A stretch of DNA of 63,602 nt from a virus (Duplodnaviria; Caudoviricetes). Positions 1 to 8,794 of this stretch are shown in pieces. The DNA is taken from IMG/VR virus record IMGVR_UViG_3300046791_000392, positions 1 through 63,602 of that record; one strand, 5' to 3'. The notes beneath the pieces were generated by a model, which worked only from the letters and a program-made list of their open reading frames with translations, had not been told where the DNA came from and ran no database searches. Positions within the stretch are counted from its first letter, which is position 1, and every line of letters begins with the position of its first letter. The translations under genes and the position numbers were made by a program.

Positions 1-77
1 GGCCGGACATGGGACAGCCCGCGCACCGCGGGGGCTGACCATGGACCGGCAGGCCGCCGCCGGCATCCAGGTAGCAG
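1..77. repeat. Second, degenerate copy of a ~79-bp repeat whose first copy lies at 63521-63599; continuous across the window junction
   Basis: ggccggacatgggacagcccgcgcaccgcgggggctgaccatggaccggcaggccgcc aligns with ggccggtccatggacagtccgcgcacagcgcgggctgtccatggaccggcaggccgcc at the window end. Confidence 0.8.
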
Positions 78-322
78 GCAGGCCACCTGTCCACAACCGG
101 ATTTCCCGCCGGCCGCGCCCGCCGCCGGCGGTGCGGCGGATCGGGTATCCGCCGCACTACTCAAGGAAATGCCTGCGCTGCAGGCATTTCCTCGAGCACG
201 CTCTTCCGTACCCACGCCCCTACCCACGCCGTCGATGCGAGAAACGCCCGGAAACACTGGATTGTTGGAAATCATGCCGGACACGGTCGAGCGCGGCCGG
301 CGTGCGGTGCACGTGTCCAGCA

Positions 323-351
323 TGTCCAGGCGCGGCCTACTGTGGTATGAT
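323..351 (+). promoter_or_regulatory. Candidate early promoter (extended -10 TGnTATGAT)
   Basis: TG-G-TATGAT at 343-351; the hexamer 17 bp upstream (323-328) is TGTCCA; lies upstream of the first gene. Confidence 0.4.
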
Positions 352-624
352 CCGCATGGACACGCGCCGGGTGCGAAGTTTTTGGCTGTCCACGGAAATT
401 GGATACTCCCCCGGGGTATATGCCGGCGCCGAGCCGCGCGATTTTTACCAGCGTTCTCGCGTTTTTTACGGTCTGTAAAATTATCTTCTCCAATGGGCGT
501 AGGCACTTACGCTGTCCATGGAAGATCGCCCTTTTCACGGACAGGCAAGTGTGGGCATTCTTGACGTCCGGCCGGTGGCCGGGCCGGCCACGCCGTGCAA
601 AACCCACCTGGAGGTACAACCGCA

Positions 625-2139
625 ATGTCCACCCTACCCGCCCTCACCGCCGCCCAGCGGCGCACCGCGTTGAAGCAGGCGCTGCGTAACGTCGCGAACA
701 TCGCGGATATCGCAGACAAGGTCTGCGGCGTCCGGAACCTCTCACAGCTGACCATGGCGCAGCTGGACGCCGTCGCCGCTGCCGCCAAGCTGGACGTGTC
801 CAATCTCGCGGCGCCGGCTGTCCAGGCCGCGCCGGCTGTCCACGCCGCGCCGGACGCGGTCGAGCCCGCAGCGGTCGAGCCCGACGCGGTCGAGCCCGAC
901 GCGGTCGAGGCTGCGCTGGGCGACACCGTGTCCGCCGCCGCCGTGGACGCCGACATAGCCGCTGTCCTGTCCAGCAGCTTCGCGGACATGCCGGCGGCGC
1001 TGCGCCTGCTGGCGCTGCGCGCCAACCAACCGCCGCGCGTGGTCGAGCGCGTCGTGACCGTGGACAAGATCGTGGAAAAGATCGTTCACGCGGACCTGCC
1101 GGTGGCGCCGGTCGCGGCGAAACCGGGCAAGGCGCCGGTCGTGTCCAAGCCGGTTGTGAAGCTCCTGCGGGTCGCAACCGCGCAGGAGATTTTCAAGATC
1201 AAGCATCCCGTCCTGGCGCGCCTGGAAGTCGCGGTCTACGACGACCCGCTGGCCCCCGCGATTGACCCGGCATACGTCTTTGACGGCGACGTTCTCGCCC
1301 TCGCCCTGCTGCGGTTGAACAACCTGCAAAACCTGCTGCTGGCCGGCCCCAAGGGCACGGGCAAGACTTCGTTCGCGGAGCAGATCGCGGCCTATCTTGG
1401 GCGTTTCTTCGCCCTGATCTCGTTTGACCGCACCAGCGAGATCGACCCGTTGATTGGCCAGATTGAACTGGCCGGCGGCAACACTTTCTGGAGGGACGGC
1501 GCACTCGTCGCCGCCATGCGCCGGCCCGGCAGCATCATCCTGCTGGACGAGCCCGACGTCGCCAAGGCCGGCGCGCTCGCGGCCTTGCACCCGGTCCTGG
1601 CCGGCCGGTCCATCCTGATCTCGCGGACCGGCGAACGTGTCCAGGCGGCGGACGGCGTGGCGTTCTTCGCCGCATCCAACACCACCGGGCACGGGGACGC
1701 GACCGGCACCTACGTGGATAGGAATTTGATGGACGCCGCCTTTCGCGACCGCTTCGCGGACATCGTCGTAATCGACTACCCGTCGGCAGCGGTCGAGCGC
1801 CGCATCCTGACCACGCGCACCGGGATCAGCCGGGCGGCGGCGGACATCCTGGTGGCGTACGCCCGCGCCACCAGGGGCCGCGCGGACAAAGAGCAGGACA
1901 TCGCGCAGGGCCTGGGATTGCGCCGGCTGCTCGCCTGGGCCACCGGGCTGCTGGGCGGCGTCAATCCGGACCTCGTGTTCCGGTCGAGCATCGTGAACCA
2001 GCATTCTACGGAGGAAGGCGAGGTCCTGTGGCAACTGTACAAATCAACGGTCGATCAGGGCGCCCTCGTCGCCGCCGTGGACGCGCCGGACGCGCCGGGT
2101 TCCGACGAGGAACAGCCGGACACCGACGTGTTCGCCTGA
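625..2139 (+). CDS. MoxR/CbbQ/CobS-like AAA+ ATPase
   Basis: Walker A GPKGTGKT, Walker B IILLDE, FFAASNT sensor, DAAFRDRF arginine finger; GGAGG RBS before ATG 625; adjacent vWA partner. Confidence 0.9.
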   Translation: MSTLPALTAAQRRTALKQALRNVANIADIADKVCGVRNLSQLTMAQLDAVAAAAKLDVSNLAAPAVQAAPAVHAAPDAVEPAAVEPDAVEPDAVEAALGDTVSAAAVDADIAAVLSSSFADMPAALRLLALRANQPPRVVERVVTVDKIVEKIVHADLPVAPVAAKPGKAPVVSKPVVKLLRVATAQEIFKIKHPVLARLEVAVYDDPLAPAIDPAYVFDGDVLALALLRLNNLQNLLLAGPKGTGKTSFAEQIAAYLGRFFALISFDRTSEIDPLIGQIELAGGNTFWRDGALVAAMRRPGSIILLDEPDVAKAGALAALHPVLAGRSILISRTGERVQAADGVAFFAASNTTGHGDATGTYVDRNLMDAAFRDRFADIVVIDYPSAAVERRILTTRTGISRAAADILVAYARATRGRADKEQDIAQGLGLRRLLAWATGLLGGVNPDLVFRSSIVNQHSTEEGEVLWQLYKSTVDQGALVAAVDAPDAPGSDEEQPDTDVFA

Positions 2140-2210
2140 CGCAGCCGGTTCCCCTGCGCATGCTTGCGCAGGGGTTCCGGGTACGCCAGCCGGCTTACCT
2201 AACCTGGAGT
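2140..2210 (+). promoter_or_regulatory. Conserved intergenic stem-loop element, copy 1
   Basis: GCAGCCGGTTCCCCTG-stem-CAGGGGTTCCGGGTACGC...AACCTGGAG; repeated at 4509-4582. Confidence 0.65.
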
Positions 2211-2215
2211 AGTAA

Positions 2216-4507
2216 ATGAGACAACATCTTACCCTTGAAGAGTTTCTGGCGGCAGCGCGGGAAAGCATGGCCAAAATGGCCCTGTACTACCGGCCGGACC
2301 GCAAGTCGAAAATTGGCAAGATCACCGTCGCCAGCCAGGGCAAGACCGGGTCCATTGCGTTCAAGTGGCGCGACGTGCGCGGCACCCGCATCCTGGACGC
2401 CCTGGTGAATTTCCCCGCCCTGCCGATTGCGGCGAAGCTCACCCGGCGCGAAGCCGAAATTTGGCTGGGGTACGCGGTGCACGAAATCGGCGGCCACGCC
2501 CTGCACACCGACACGGTGGCGTGGGACCAAGCGGTTGTGCAGGGGCGCGGTTTTGCACGCTTGGTGAATGGTCTTGAAGACCCCAGGATCGAGGCCTGCG
2601 CGATCCGGATCATTCCCGGCGCGCGCAAGCGCTTGACCGATCTTCTGGAGCACGTCCTGGACAAGGCCTTGGCCGGCGGGTACTCCCCGATGGACCCGCT
2701 GAACCTCGCGTTCACGTTCGCCCTGCTGGGTCGCGTGCGCCTGTCCGGCACGCTGTCCAAGCGCATCAAGGCTGACGTCGTGTCCAAGATGACGCCGGCC
2801 GCGCGCCGCTGGTTTCGCGGGCACCTGGACACGCTGGCGAATTGCAAAAGCACGGAAGACGTGGTCGCCCTGGCGCACGTGATCGCCGCCCAGGTGAAGG
2901 TTCCGGAACCGCAGAAGGGCGACGAGGGCGACCTGGGCAAAGCCCCCGACGAGCAGGAGCAGGGCGAGCAGAAGCCCGGCGAGCAGCAGGAGCAGGGCGA
3001 GCAGCAGGAGCAGGGCGAGCAGCAGGAGCAGGGCGAGCAGCAGGAGCAGGGCGAGCAGCAGGAGCAGGGCAAGCCCGGCGACGCCGACGCCGACGAGGGC
3101 GACGAGGGCGACGAGGGCGACGAGGGCGACGAGGGCGACGAGGGCGACGAGGGCGACGAGGGCGACGAGGGCGACGAGGGCGACGAGGGCGAGGGCGACG
3201 AGGGCGAGGGCGAGGGCGAGGGCGAGGGCGAGGGCGAGGAAGCCGCTCAGGAGCCCGCCCAGGAGCCTGGACAGGGCGAGGGCGGCGAAGCCCCGGCAGA
3301 AGAGCCCGACGCGCTGGACGACCCCCAGGACGGGCAGGGCGACGGCACCGGCGACGAGGGCGCAGGTACGCCCCCGCCCTGGACGCTGCCGCCCTCCGAA
3401 ATGGCTAAGCTCCACGACCCGGAGCCGGACTTGGGCGACATGGCGCAGAAGATCCAGGACCGCTCCGACAAGGCCGGCGACGGCGGGCACCTGTACGGCG
3501 GCGCCAATGTCCTGCGCAAGGTCGAGGGCGGCGGCGACGGCGGCTACACGTCACGCCCCACCGGCCGCGCCCTGGACGAATTGCGCATCGCCGCCCGCCT
3601 GGGCAGCGCCAGGAACCGGGGCCTGCTGCGGCAAATCCTGGTATCGGCGGAACGGTCCGGCTGGAACGCGTTCGAGCGGTCCGGCGCCCTGAACCCGGCG
3701 GATATCGCGCGCAGTCAAACCGGCGACCAGAACGTGTTCCGGCGCCGCTGGATCGAGGAGGGCATTTCCACGACGGTGTCCATCCTGGTGGACGGTTCCA
3801 GCAGCATGAACGGCGAGGAAATGAGCCACGCCACCGCCATGGCGTACGTGCTCGCCGACGTCACGGAAAAATGCGGCCTGCAGTCGGAGGTCGCCGTGTT
3901 CCGCGACACCGGGCAGCGCACCGCCGCCCTGCCGGTGTTTGACAACGGCTGGCGCCCGGTGCACCGCCGCTGGTACGGCAGTAACGGCGACGACACCCGC
4001 ATCGCCCCCGATGGCCGGCTCGACCGGACCCAGGCGAACGAAAGCAGCGACGGCGCGACGTGCGACCTGTTCCTGGTCCAGGAACGGGGGGAGCGCCTGT
4101 CATCCGCCCCCGTGCTCGACCGGTTCCTGCGCATGTTCACGGTGGCGTGGGGGGGCACGCCCGATTTCGCCGGCACCATGGCCATGGTCTTGAGGCTGGC
4201 GCGCAGCGAGGGCGACCGCAAAATCCTGTTTGTGGTCACGGACGGGTGCGGCAACAAGGACGCCATGAAATGGATTGTTTCGTGGGCCAAGCGCAAGTTT
4301 GATATCGACGTGATCGGCGTCGGCATCGGGTCGCACACGGCCGTGTACCTCAAGGAACAATACCGGTTGTGGACGGCGGCGAGCATTGCCCGCGCATTCG
4401 GCACCGGCCCCGGCGCCGGGCAGGCGTGGTCCGCGTTCGCCAGCGAAGCGCTCGCCCTGCTGGTGAAGCAGGCGCGAACCAACTTCAAGGCGCGCCGCGC
4501 GGGATAG
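2216..4507 (+). CDS. CobT-like von Willebrand factor A domain protein with acidic low-complexity linker
   Basis: MIDAS ILVDGSSSM, GGTPD, LFVVTDG, VIGVGIG; N-terminal HEIGGH and NGLEDPRIE segments typical of CobT-like proteins; follows the AAA ATPase. Confidence 0.85.
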   Translation: MRQHLTLEEFLAAARESMAKMALYYRPDRKSKIGKITVASQGKTGSIAFKWRDVRGTRILDALVNFPALPIAAKLTRREAEIWLGYAVHEIGGHALHTDTVAWDQAVVQGRGFARLVNGLEDPRIEACAIRIIPGARKRLTDLLEHVLDKALAGGYSPMDPLNLAFTFALLGRVRLSGTLSKRIKADVVSKMTPAARRWFRGHLDTLANCKSTEDVVALAHVIAAQVKVPEPQKGDEGDLGKAPDEQEQGEQKPGEQQEQGEQQEQGEQQEQGEQQEQGEQQEQGKPGDADADEGDEGDEGDEGDEGDEGDEGDEGDEGDEGDEGEGDEGEGEGEGEGEGEEAAQEPAQEPGQGEGGEAPAEEPDALDDPQDGQGDGTGDEGAGTPPPWTLPPSEMAKLHDPEPDLGDMAQKIQDRSDKAGDGGHLYGGANVLRKVEGGGDGGYTSRPTGRALDELRIAARLGSARNRGLLRQILVSAERSGWNAFERSGALNPADIARSQTGDQNVFRRRWIEEGISTTVSILVDGSSSMNGEEMSHATAMAYVLADVTEKCGLQSEVAVFRDTGQRTAALPVFDNGWRPVHRRWYGSNGDDTRIAPDGRLDRTQANESSDGATCDLFLVQERGERLSSAPVLDRFLRMFTVAWGGTPDFAGTMAMVLRLARSEGDRKILFVVTDGCGNKDAMKWIVSWAKRKFDIDVIGVGIGSHTAVYLKEQYRLWTAASIARAFGTGPGAGQAWSAFASEALALLVKQARTNFKARRAG
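2981..3237 (+). repeat. In-frame tandem repeats: 18-bp x5 (EQQEQG), 9-bp x11 (DEG), then 6-bp (EG) units
   Basis: gagcagcaggagcagggc and gacgagggc units read directly. Confidence 0.95.
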
Positions 4508-4508
4508 C

Positions 4509-4582
4509 GCAGCCGGTTCCCCTGCCGCCAGCCGGCGGCAGGGGTTCCGGGTACGCTGTTCCCCGCGTGCCGCAACCTGGAG
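4509..4582 (+). promoter_or_regulatory. Conserved intergenic stem-loop element, copy 2
   Basis: Same flanks as copy 1 with a different but still paired inner stem (ccgcc-agcc-ggcgg). Confidence 0.65.
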
Positions 4583-4590
4583 CCTCGACC

Positions 4591-4788
4591 ATGTCCACCA
4601 TCGAAGAACGCGCCCGCGTCCGGCGCGCTAGCTACATCCGCCGCGCCGTGGCGCAAGCCCGCGCCTTCAACCACACCATGGTCCGCCGCCGGCACGCGGG
4701 CGACGTGCGCGGCGCCCTGCTGGCGCGCGAGCGCCGCGATATCTGGCTTGACGCCGCACGCCGGGCGAAGGCCGGCGTTTCCCTGTGA
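4591..4788 (+). CDS. Small Arg-rich hypothetical protein
   Basis: GGAG RBS, ATG 4591, GTGA overlap with next gene. Confidence 0.7.
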   Translation: MSTIEERARVRRASYIRRAVAQARAFNHTMVRRRHAGDVRGALLARERRDIWLDAARRAKAGVSL

Positions 4789-5093
4789 ACCGCCGCCGGT
4801 CCGCCCTCGGCCTCGCCGCCCTGCTGGCAGGCTGTTCCCACCCCCTGCCCCCGCGCCGCGCCCCGGGCGTCTGGGGGCCGCTGCCGCCGGACCCCTCGCC
4901 ACCCTACCCGGCACGCCTTGAACGCCCCCAGGCGCCCGCCCTGGCGCCCTGGCGCCCGGTTCCGCCGGGCACCTACGCCCCCCCGCCGGCACCCGGCCCG
5001 TTCCCCCCGCCCCCGTTCCCCCCGGCGGCGGACCCGGCGAACCCGTACCCGGCGCCGGACCCCAGGCTCCCGCCGGACGCGCGGGCGACATGA
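4785..5093 (+). CDS. Proline-rich lipoprotein
   Basis: MNRRRSALGLAALLAG-C: basic N-terminus, hydrophobic core, LAGC lipobox. Confidence 0.7.
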   Translation: MNRRRSALGLAALLAGCSHPLPPRRAPGVWGPLPPDPSPPYPARLERPQAPALAPWRPVPPGTYAPPPAPGPFPPPPFPPAADPANPYPAPDPRLPPDARAT

Positions 5094-5302
5094 CCATGCC
5101 CCGCCCCGCGACCTGGACCCTGGTCAAGCCGGCCGGCCTGTGGTGCGCGCGCGTGGCGCTCGCCCCCGGCGAGCAGCCACCGGTCCCGGGTGATTGGCTC
5201 GTCGTGCGCGCCCAGTCGGGCCGCGTCCGCGAGGAGGTCGTGACCGGCACCGTGCGCGCCGGCCCGGGCTACGTGATCTGCCGCACGGCGAGCATGCCAT
5301 GA
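5090..5302 (+). CDS. Hypothetical protein
   Basis: ATGA-coupled to both neighbours. Confidence 0.65.
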   Translation: MTMPRPATWTLVKPAGLWCARVALAPGEQPPVPGDWLVVRAQSGRVREEVVTGTVRAGPGYVICRTASMP

Positions 5303-5457
5303 TCGCCCCCGTGCTGGTGCCGGCGGTCCTGGCCTGGGCGTTCCTCGCCTGGGGCACGCGCGTCGGGCGAGCCGGCGACGGTAACCTGTCCGACGTGCTC
5401 CACGGCGTCGGCGGCACGCTCGTGCTGGTCGCCCTGGTGAACCTGATCGCCGCCTGA
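5299..5457 (+). CDS. Small two-TM membrane protein
   Basis: MIAPVLVPAVLAWAFLAW...VGGTLVLVALVNLIAA; ATGA overlap. Confidence 0.6.
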   Translation: MIAPVLVPAVLAWAFLAWGTRVGRAGDGNLSDVLHGVGGTLVLVALVNLIAA

Positions 5458-5479
5458 AAAAACCTCCTGGTAACAGGGC

Positions 5480-5510
5480 AAGGGCCGGCGGGAAACCGCC
5501 GGCCCTTTTT
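5480..5510 (+). terminator. Rho-independent terminator between convergent gene blocks
   Basis: aagggccggcgg-gaaa-ccgccggcccttttt. Confidence 0.85.
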
Positions 5511-5517
5511 CGTGAGT

Positions 5518-6030
5518 TCAATCCAGGTCCATGAGCGCCGCCATGAGAATGCTCAGGGCATCGGATTCGTCCTCGGTGAGTCGCGTGTTCGCGCGCACCC
5601 GGCGGGACACCCCTCGAAAGTGTCCATGGACATGATCGTGGACAGCCTGCTTGGACGCCTGCCCGTTGCCGGTGGCGGCGAACTTTCCCATGGACACAGG
5701 TACAGCCCGATACAAGATCCCAAAGTTTTCGCATTGGGCCATGAGCACGCCCATGAGCTGGCCGTACACGTGCGCGGCCTGGACACCCGTATGGGCATGG
5801 ACACGCTCGTACGCCACCCAGGTAACGGGCATGACCTGGGTGAGCAGGTCCACCAGGTGCGCCGCAAATCTCAAGGGTCTTACGCCGGCGCCCTCCCCAT
5901 CGCGGGGCTTCAGGTTCAGGCTGGACACGTCCACGCAGTCGAATGTCCCGCATCGCGTGGAATCATAGACCGCGATCCCGGTGCGCGTGCCGAGATCGAT
6001 CCCGATACAGCGCCCCTGTCCCGGCAGCAT
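5518..6030 (-). CDS. RuvC-like Holliday junction resolvase
   Basis: IGIDLG, VAYE, ATGNGQASK, DESDAL: RuvC acidic tetrad pattern; start trimmed to MLPGQG. Confidence 0.85.
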   Translation of the reverse strand: MLPGQGRCIGIDLGTRTGIAVYDSTRCGTFDCVDVSSLNLKPRDGEGAGVRPLRFAAHLVDLLTQVMPVTWVAYERVHAHTGVQAAHVYGQLMGVLMAQCENFGILYRAVPVSMGKFAATGNGQASKQAVHDHVHGHFRGVSRRVRANTRLTEDESDALSILMAALMDLD

Positions 6031-6264
6031 GAACCCGCCGGCCAGCACCCGGGCGCGCCTGTCCAGCAGCATGCGTCTACGGCGCGCCGGCCGGACCCGT
6101 GCGTCGCCCCTGATCGAGGGCCCGGGCCGGTCGAGATCGTCGCTCAAATCAGCACCGGGCCGGGCCCGCCAGGACAAGTGACCCACGGGGGCCCGGGGGC
6201 CACCGCATGGGCCACCCAGCGAACCCATTGGCGTTGCTGCTGTTTTCCTCTGAGGTTACCCGTA

Positions 6265-6465
6265 CCCCCCCTCTTCTCCTTATAACTAGAGATATAGGGA
6301 AATAAATAACCATACATAAAATCCCTATAGGAGAAGAGGTTTACCCCCCCGGGGCCCCCTACGTGGCTCAAGCACTTTGCCGTGGCATTCCAAGCACATA
6401 CCCAGTGGCCCATCAATAAAACCCGGGGGCACTATAGTTAACATGTTGATTCATATACATTAAGT
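6265..6465. other. AT-rich intergenic island with inverted repeat; candidate replication origin
   Basis: Strongly AT-rich against a GC-rich background; ctcttctccttata...tataggagaagag arms; directly downstream of the helicase gene. Confidence 0.5.
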
Positions 6466-8286
6466 GCTGGGGCCCCCCTTCCGGAGGGGCACTACGTTGC
6501 TCGCGACGTCGTCCTCGGGCTCGGCCTGGGCCAGACCGCTCGGTGTCCCCGTACCACGCGGCACGCGGTTGACCGCCTTGGACCCGGGCACGAAATCGTC
6601 CGTGGACTTGTCCCGCTGGCCGCTCATGAACACCCGGCCGTGGCGCCACCAGTCCAGGCCCTCGACGTTGAGGTGCACGCCAAGCTGCCCCTTGACCTTG
6701 CGCCCGTCCTTCTTGCCCTCGTGCCGCACGGCATTGTACGTCCGCCTGAGAATGCCGAAGATCGCGTCCATCTCGTCACGCGCCTTGGTCTGCGCCGCCG
6801 CCGCCCAGCTGTTCGACTGGTAGATCCAGCCGAGATACGCCGCGCGGATGTCCTCGTTGGCGACCCAGCCGCCGCCGGCGTGCGCGATGATCGCATCGAC
6901 CACGAACGCCCGCATGTCGTTGGTCCGGTCGTGCTCGGCGCGCGCCGCCTCGCGCAGCCATGCCGGATAGAAATGCTGCCCGCTGGACAGCACCTCGCCG
7001 GCGATCTTGTGCAGCACCTCGAACAGGATATTGCGCTGGCCGGCGAAGATCTCCTTGAGGTGCGGGTTCGCCGGCTCGGTGTTGGGAATGCTCGGGTCGT
7101 AGTCCACCGGCGCCACGAAATGCGTGCGCATCGGGAAGTACATCAGCCGGGACAAGGTGGCATCGGACGCATCGTTGTGCTTGAGCCGGCCGTTGGCGCA
7201 CAGCCCGATCAATAATCCCAGCGTGCCCTCGAAATGCTCCTTGTACTTGCGCTCGATGGTGATCCGCTCGTTGGTCAGCAGCATCTTCAGGAGATCGTCG
7301 CCGATGACCTGGGCGATGGCCGGCGTCTCGTGCATCAGCCACGCCGCCTTGCCGATAAGCTCGGCCAGCCCGAAATCCTTGTTGAGCTTCTTGAGCGCCG
7401 CGCCGGACACCAGCGTCTTGCCGATCACCGCCGTCACGAGGTCCATCACCGTGCTCTTGCCGGTGTCGGTGTCGCCCAGGAACACGGCGCCCTTGTACAG
7501 GGGCTTGGCGCGGTCGCGCGGCATGCAGAACTGGCTCGCCCAGCTGAGCATCGCCATGACGAACGCGCGCTCGCGCACCGGGTCCTGCCAATGCAGCGCC
7601 GTGGGTTGGAGACGGTCGATCAGTTCGGCGCGCGCCGTCGCCACCAGGGCCGGCGTGATCCCGGGCTCGTACGCCGCCGCGATCCGTGGACAGGCGTGGG
7701 CCTGGAGCATGTCCAGGCGTGTGGCCATGCGTAGGCTGGACACCCCGGAATGATCCAGCATCCGGAGCCAGCCGTTGGCCTGCAGCACCACGCCGTGGCC
7801 GGCCTGCAGGGGCAGGTTCCAGTCGCCGGCTTGGCGCACCATCTCGGGATGGATCGCCAAGGTCGCGACGAAGTCCCGCGTCCGGTTGGCGGTCGCCGTG
7901 TCGCTGGCGTTGGCTCCGCACGCCGCCACGATCCAGCGCCAGAACACGGTGAACAGCTGCGCCGCGCGCTCGTCGCCGGCGTGCGCGTCGGCCGCCGTGT
8001 CCCAGGTGAAGGTCCCGGCGCCGGCGCCGTCGTTGTACAGCCACCATTCGCCGGCATGGCGCACCAGCCCCTTGTCCAGGCTGTCCAGCCACTGGCGGAA
8101 CGCCGCCGCCACCAGCTTGGGATGATCGCCCGAATTATAGGGAAACTCCTGGCCGGCATTGACCAGGACGGGCGCCGGCGGCTTGCCCTTGAGCTTGGTC
8201 GCGCCGTACCAGTCCTTGACCTTGGCGCACAGCTGGCCGGGCGCCGTGCTCGGGTCGTAGCGGGAATCGTGGGGATCGATGGCCAT
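6460..8286 (-). CDS. D5/P4-type superfamily 3 replicative helicase
   Basis: Walker A FLGDTDTGKST, LIGKAAWLMHE, LKMLLTNERITIERKYK, CANG, SRLMYFPM; D5_N-like GEWWLYND. Confidence 0.9.
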   Translation of the reverse strand: MAIDPHDSRYDPSTAPGQLCAKVKDWYGATKLKGKPPAPVLVNAGQEFPYNSGDHPKLVAAAFRQWLDSLDKGLVRHAGEWWLYNDGAGAGTFTWDTAADAHAGDERAAQLFTVFWRWIVAACGANASDTATANRTRDFVATLAIHPEMVRQAGDWNLPLQAGHGVVLQANGWLRMLDHSGVSSLRMATRLDMLQAHACPRIAAAYEPGITPALVATARAELIDRLQPTALHWQDPVRERAFVMAMLSWASQFCMPRDRAKPLYKGAVFLGDTDTGKSTVMDLVTAVIGKTLVSGAALKKLNKDFGLAELIGKAAWLMHETPAIAQVIGDDLLKMLLTNERITIERKYKEHFEGTLGLLIGLCANGRLKHNDASDATLSRLMYFPMRTHFVAPVDYDPSIPNTEPANPHLKEIFAGQRNILFEVLHKIAGEVLSSGQHFYPAWLREAARAEHDRTNDMRAFVVDAIIAHAGGGWVANEDIRAAYLGWIYQSNSWAAAAQTKARDEMDAIFGILRRTYNAVRHEGKKDGRKVKGQLGVHLNVEGLDWWRHGRVFMSGQRDKSTDDFVPGSKAVNRVPRGTGTPSGLAQAEPEDDVASNVVPLRKGGPST

Positions 8287-8287
8287 G

Positions 8288-8794
8288 TCACGTCACCAGG
8301 AAACGATGCAGCAGGTTCGTGATGTCCTCGTCGGTCGCCGGGCGCAGCCGGTTGTCGCGCCGGATGCACAGCACATCGTGCATGTCGGCGCGGCCCATGC
8401 GCTGGACACAGATTTCCTGGAACCGCATCGCCGCCCTGGACAGCGAAAATTCCGGCATCGTCCGCCACGTTGCGACCAGCTGCCGGATGCGCTTGGCCGT
8501 CAGCGGCGTGTCGGACATCGTGCGCCAGAAGTCCTGCGCCATGATCGCCATGTCGGTATCGGCGATGCGGCGCCATTCCGGATCGTGCACGGCATCCTCG
8601 TATTGCCACCACGTGCCGGCGCACCACAGCACGGGGCCGTTGCCGCCATCGGCAAGGTCGTCCTTGAACGCCTTGGCCACGCGCTCGATCACGTGCGGGC
8701 GATGGCACGGGAACGCCGTGCCCGGGCTGTCCAGCTGGTGCCGCTGGATGAGGTCGCGCAAGTCCTTGTTGGGGTCGTCGTGCACGTCGTTCAT
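8288..8794 (-). CDS. Hypothetical protein, stand-alone D5_N-like domain
   Basis: VLWCAGTWWQYE...EWRRI resembles the N-terminal segment of the adjacent helicase; ATGA overlap with primase. Confidence 0.6.
   Translation of the reverse strand: MNDVHDDPNKDLRDLIQRHQLDSPGTAFPCHRPHVIERVAKAFKDDLADGGNGPVLWCAGTWWQYEDAVHDPEWRRIADTDMAIMAQDFWRTMSDTPLTAKRIRQLVATWRTMPEFSLSRAAMRFQEICVQRMGRADMHDVLCIRRDNRLRPATDEDITNLLHRFLVT

Noticed and set aside
1-600. TGTCCA boxes as DnaA boxes
   Set aside because: Only an occasional copy extends to TGTCCACA; flanking bases vary and do not fit the 9-mer consensus
2981-3237. Tandem repeats as a CRISPR array
   Set aside because: No spacers; the repeats are in-frame coding units
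625-4507. Cobalamin biosynthesis auxiliary genes
   Set aside because: No cobN or other cob genes; the motifs support only a generic MoxR-vWA pair
4785-5093. o-spanin (Rz1)
   Set aside because: No overlapping or adjacent i-spanin and no lysis genes nearby
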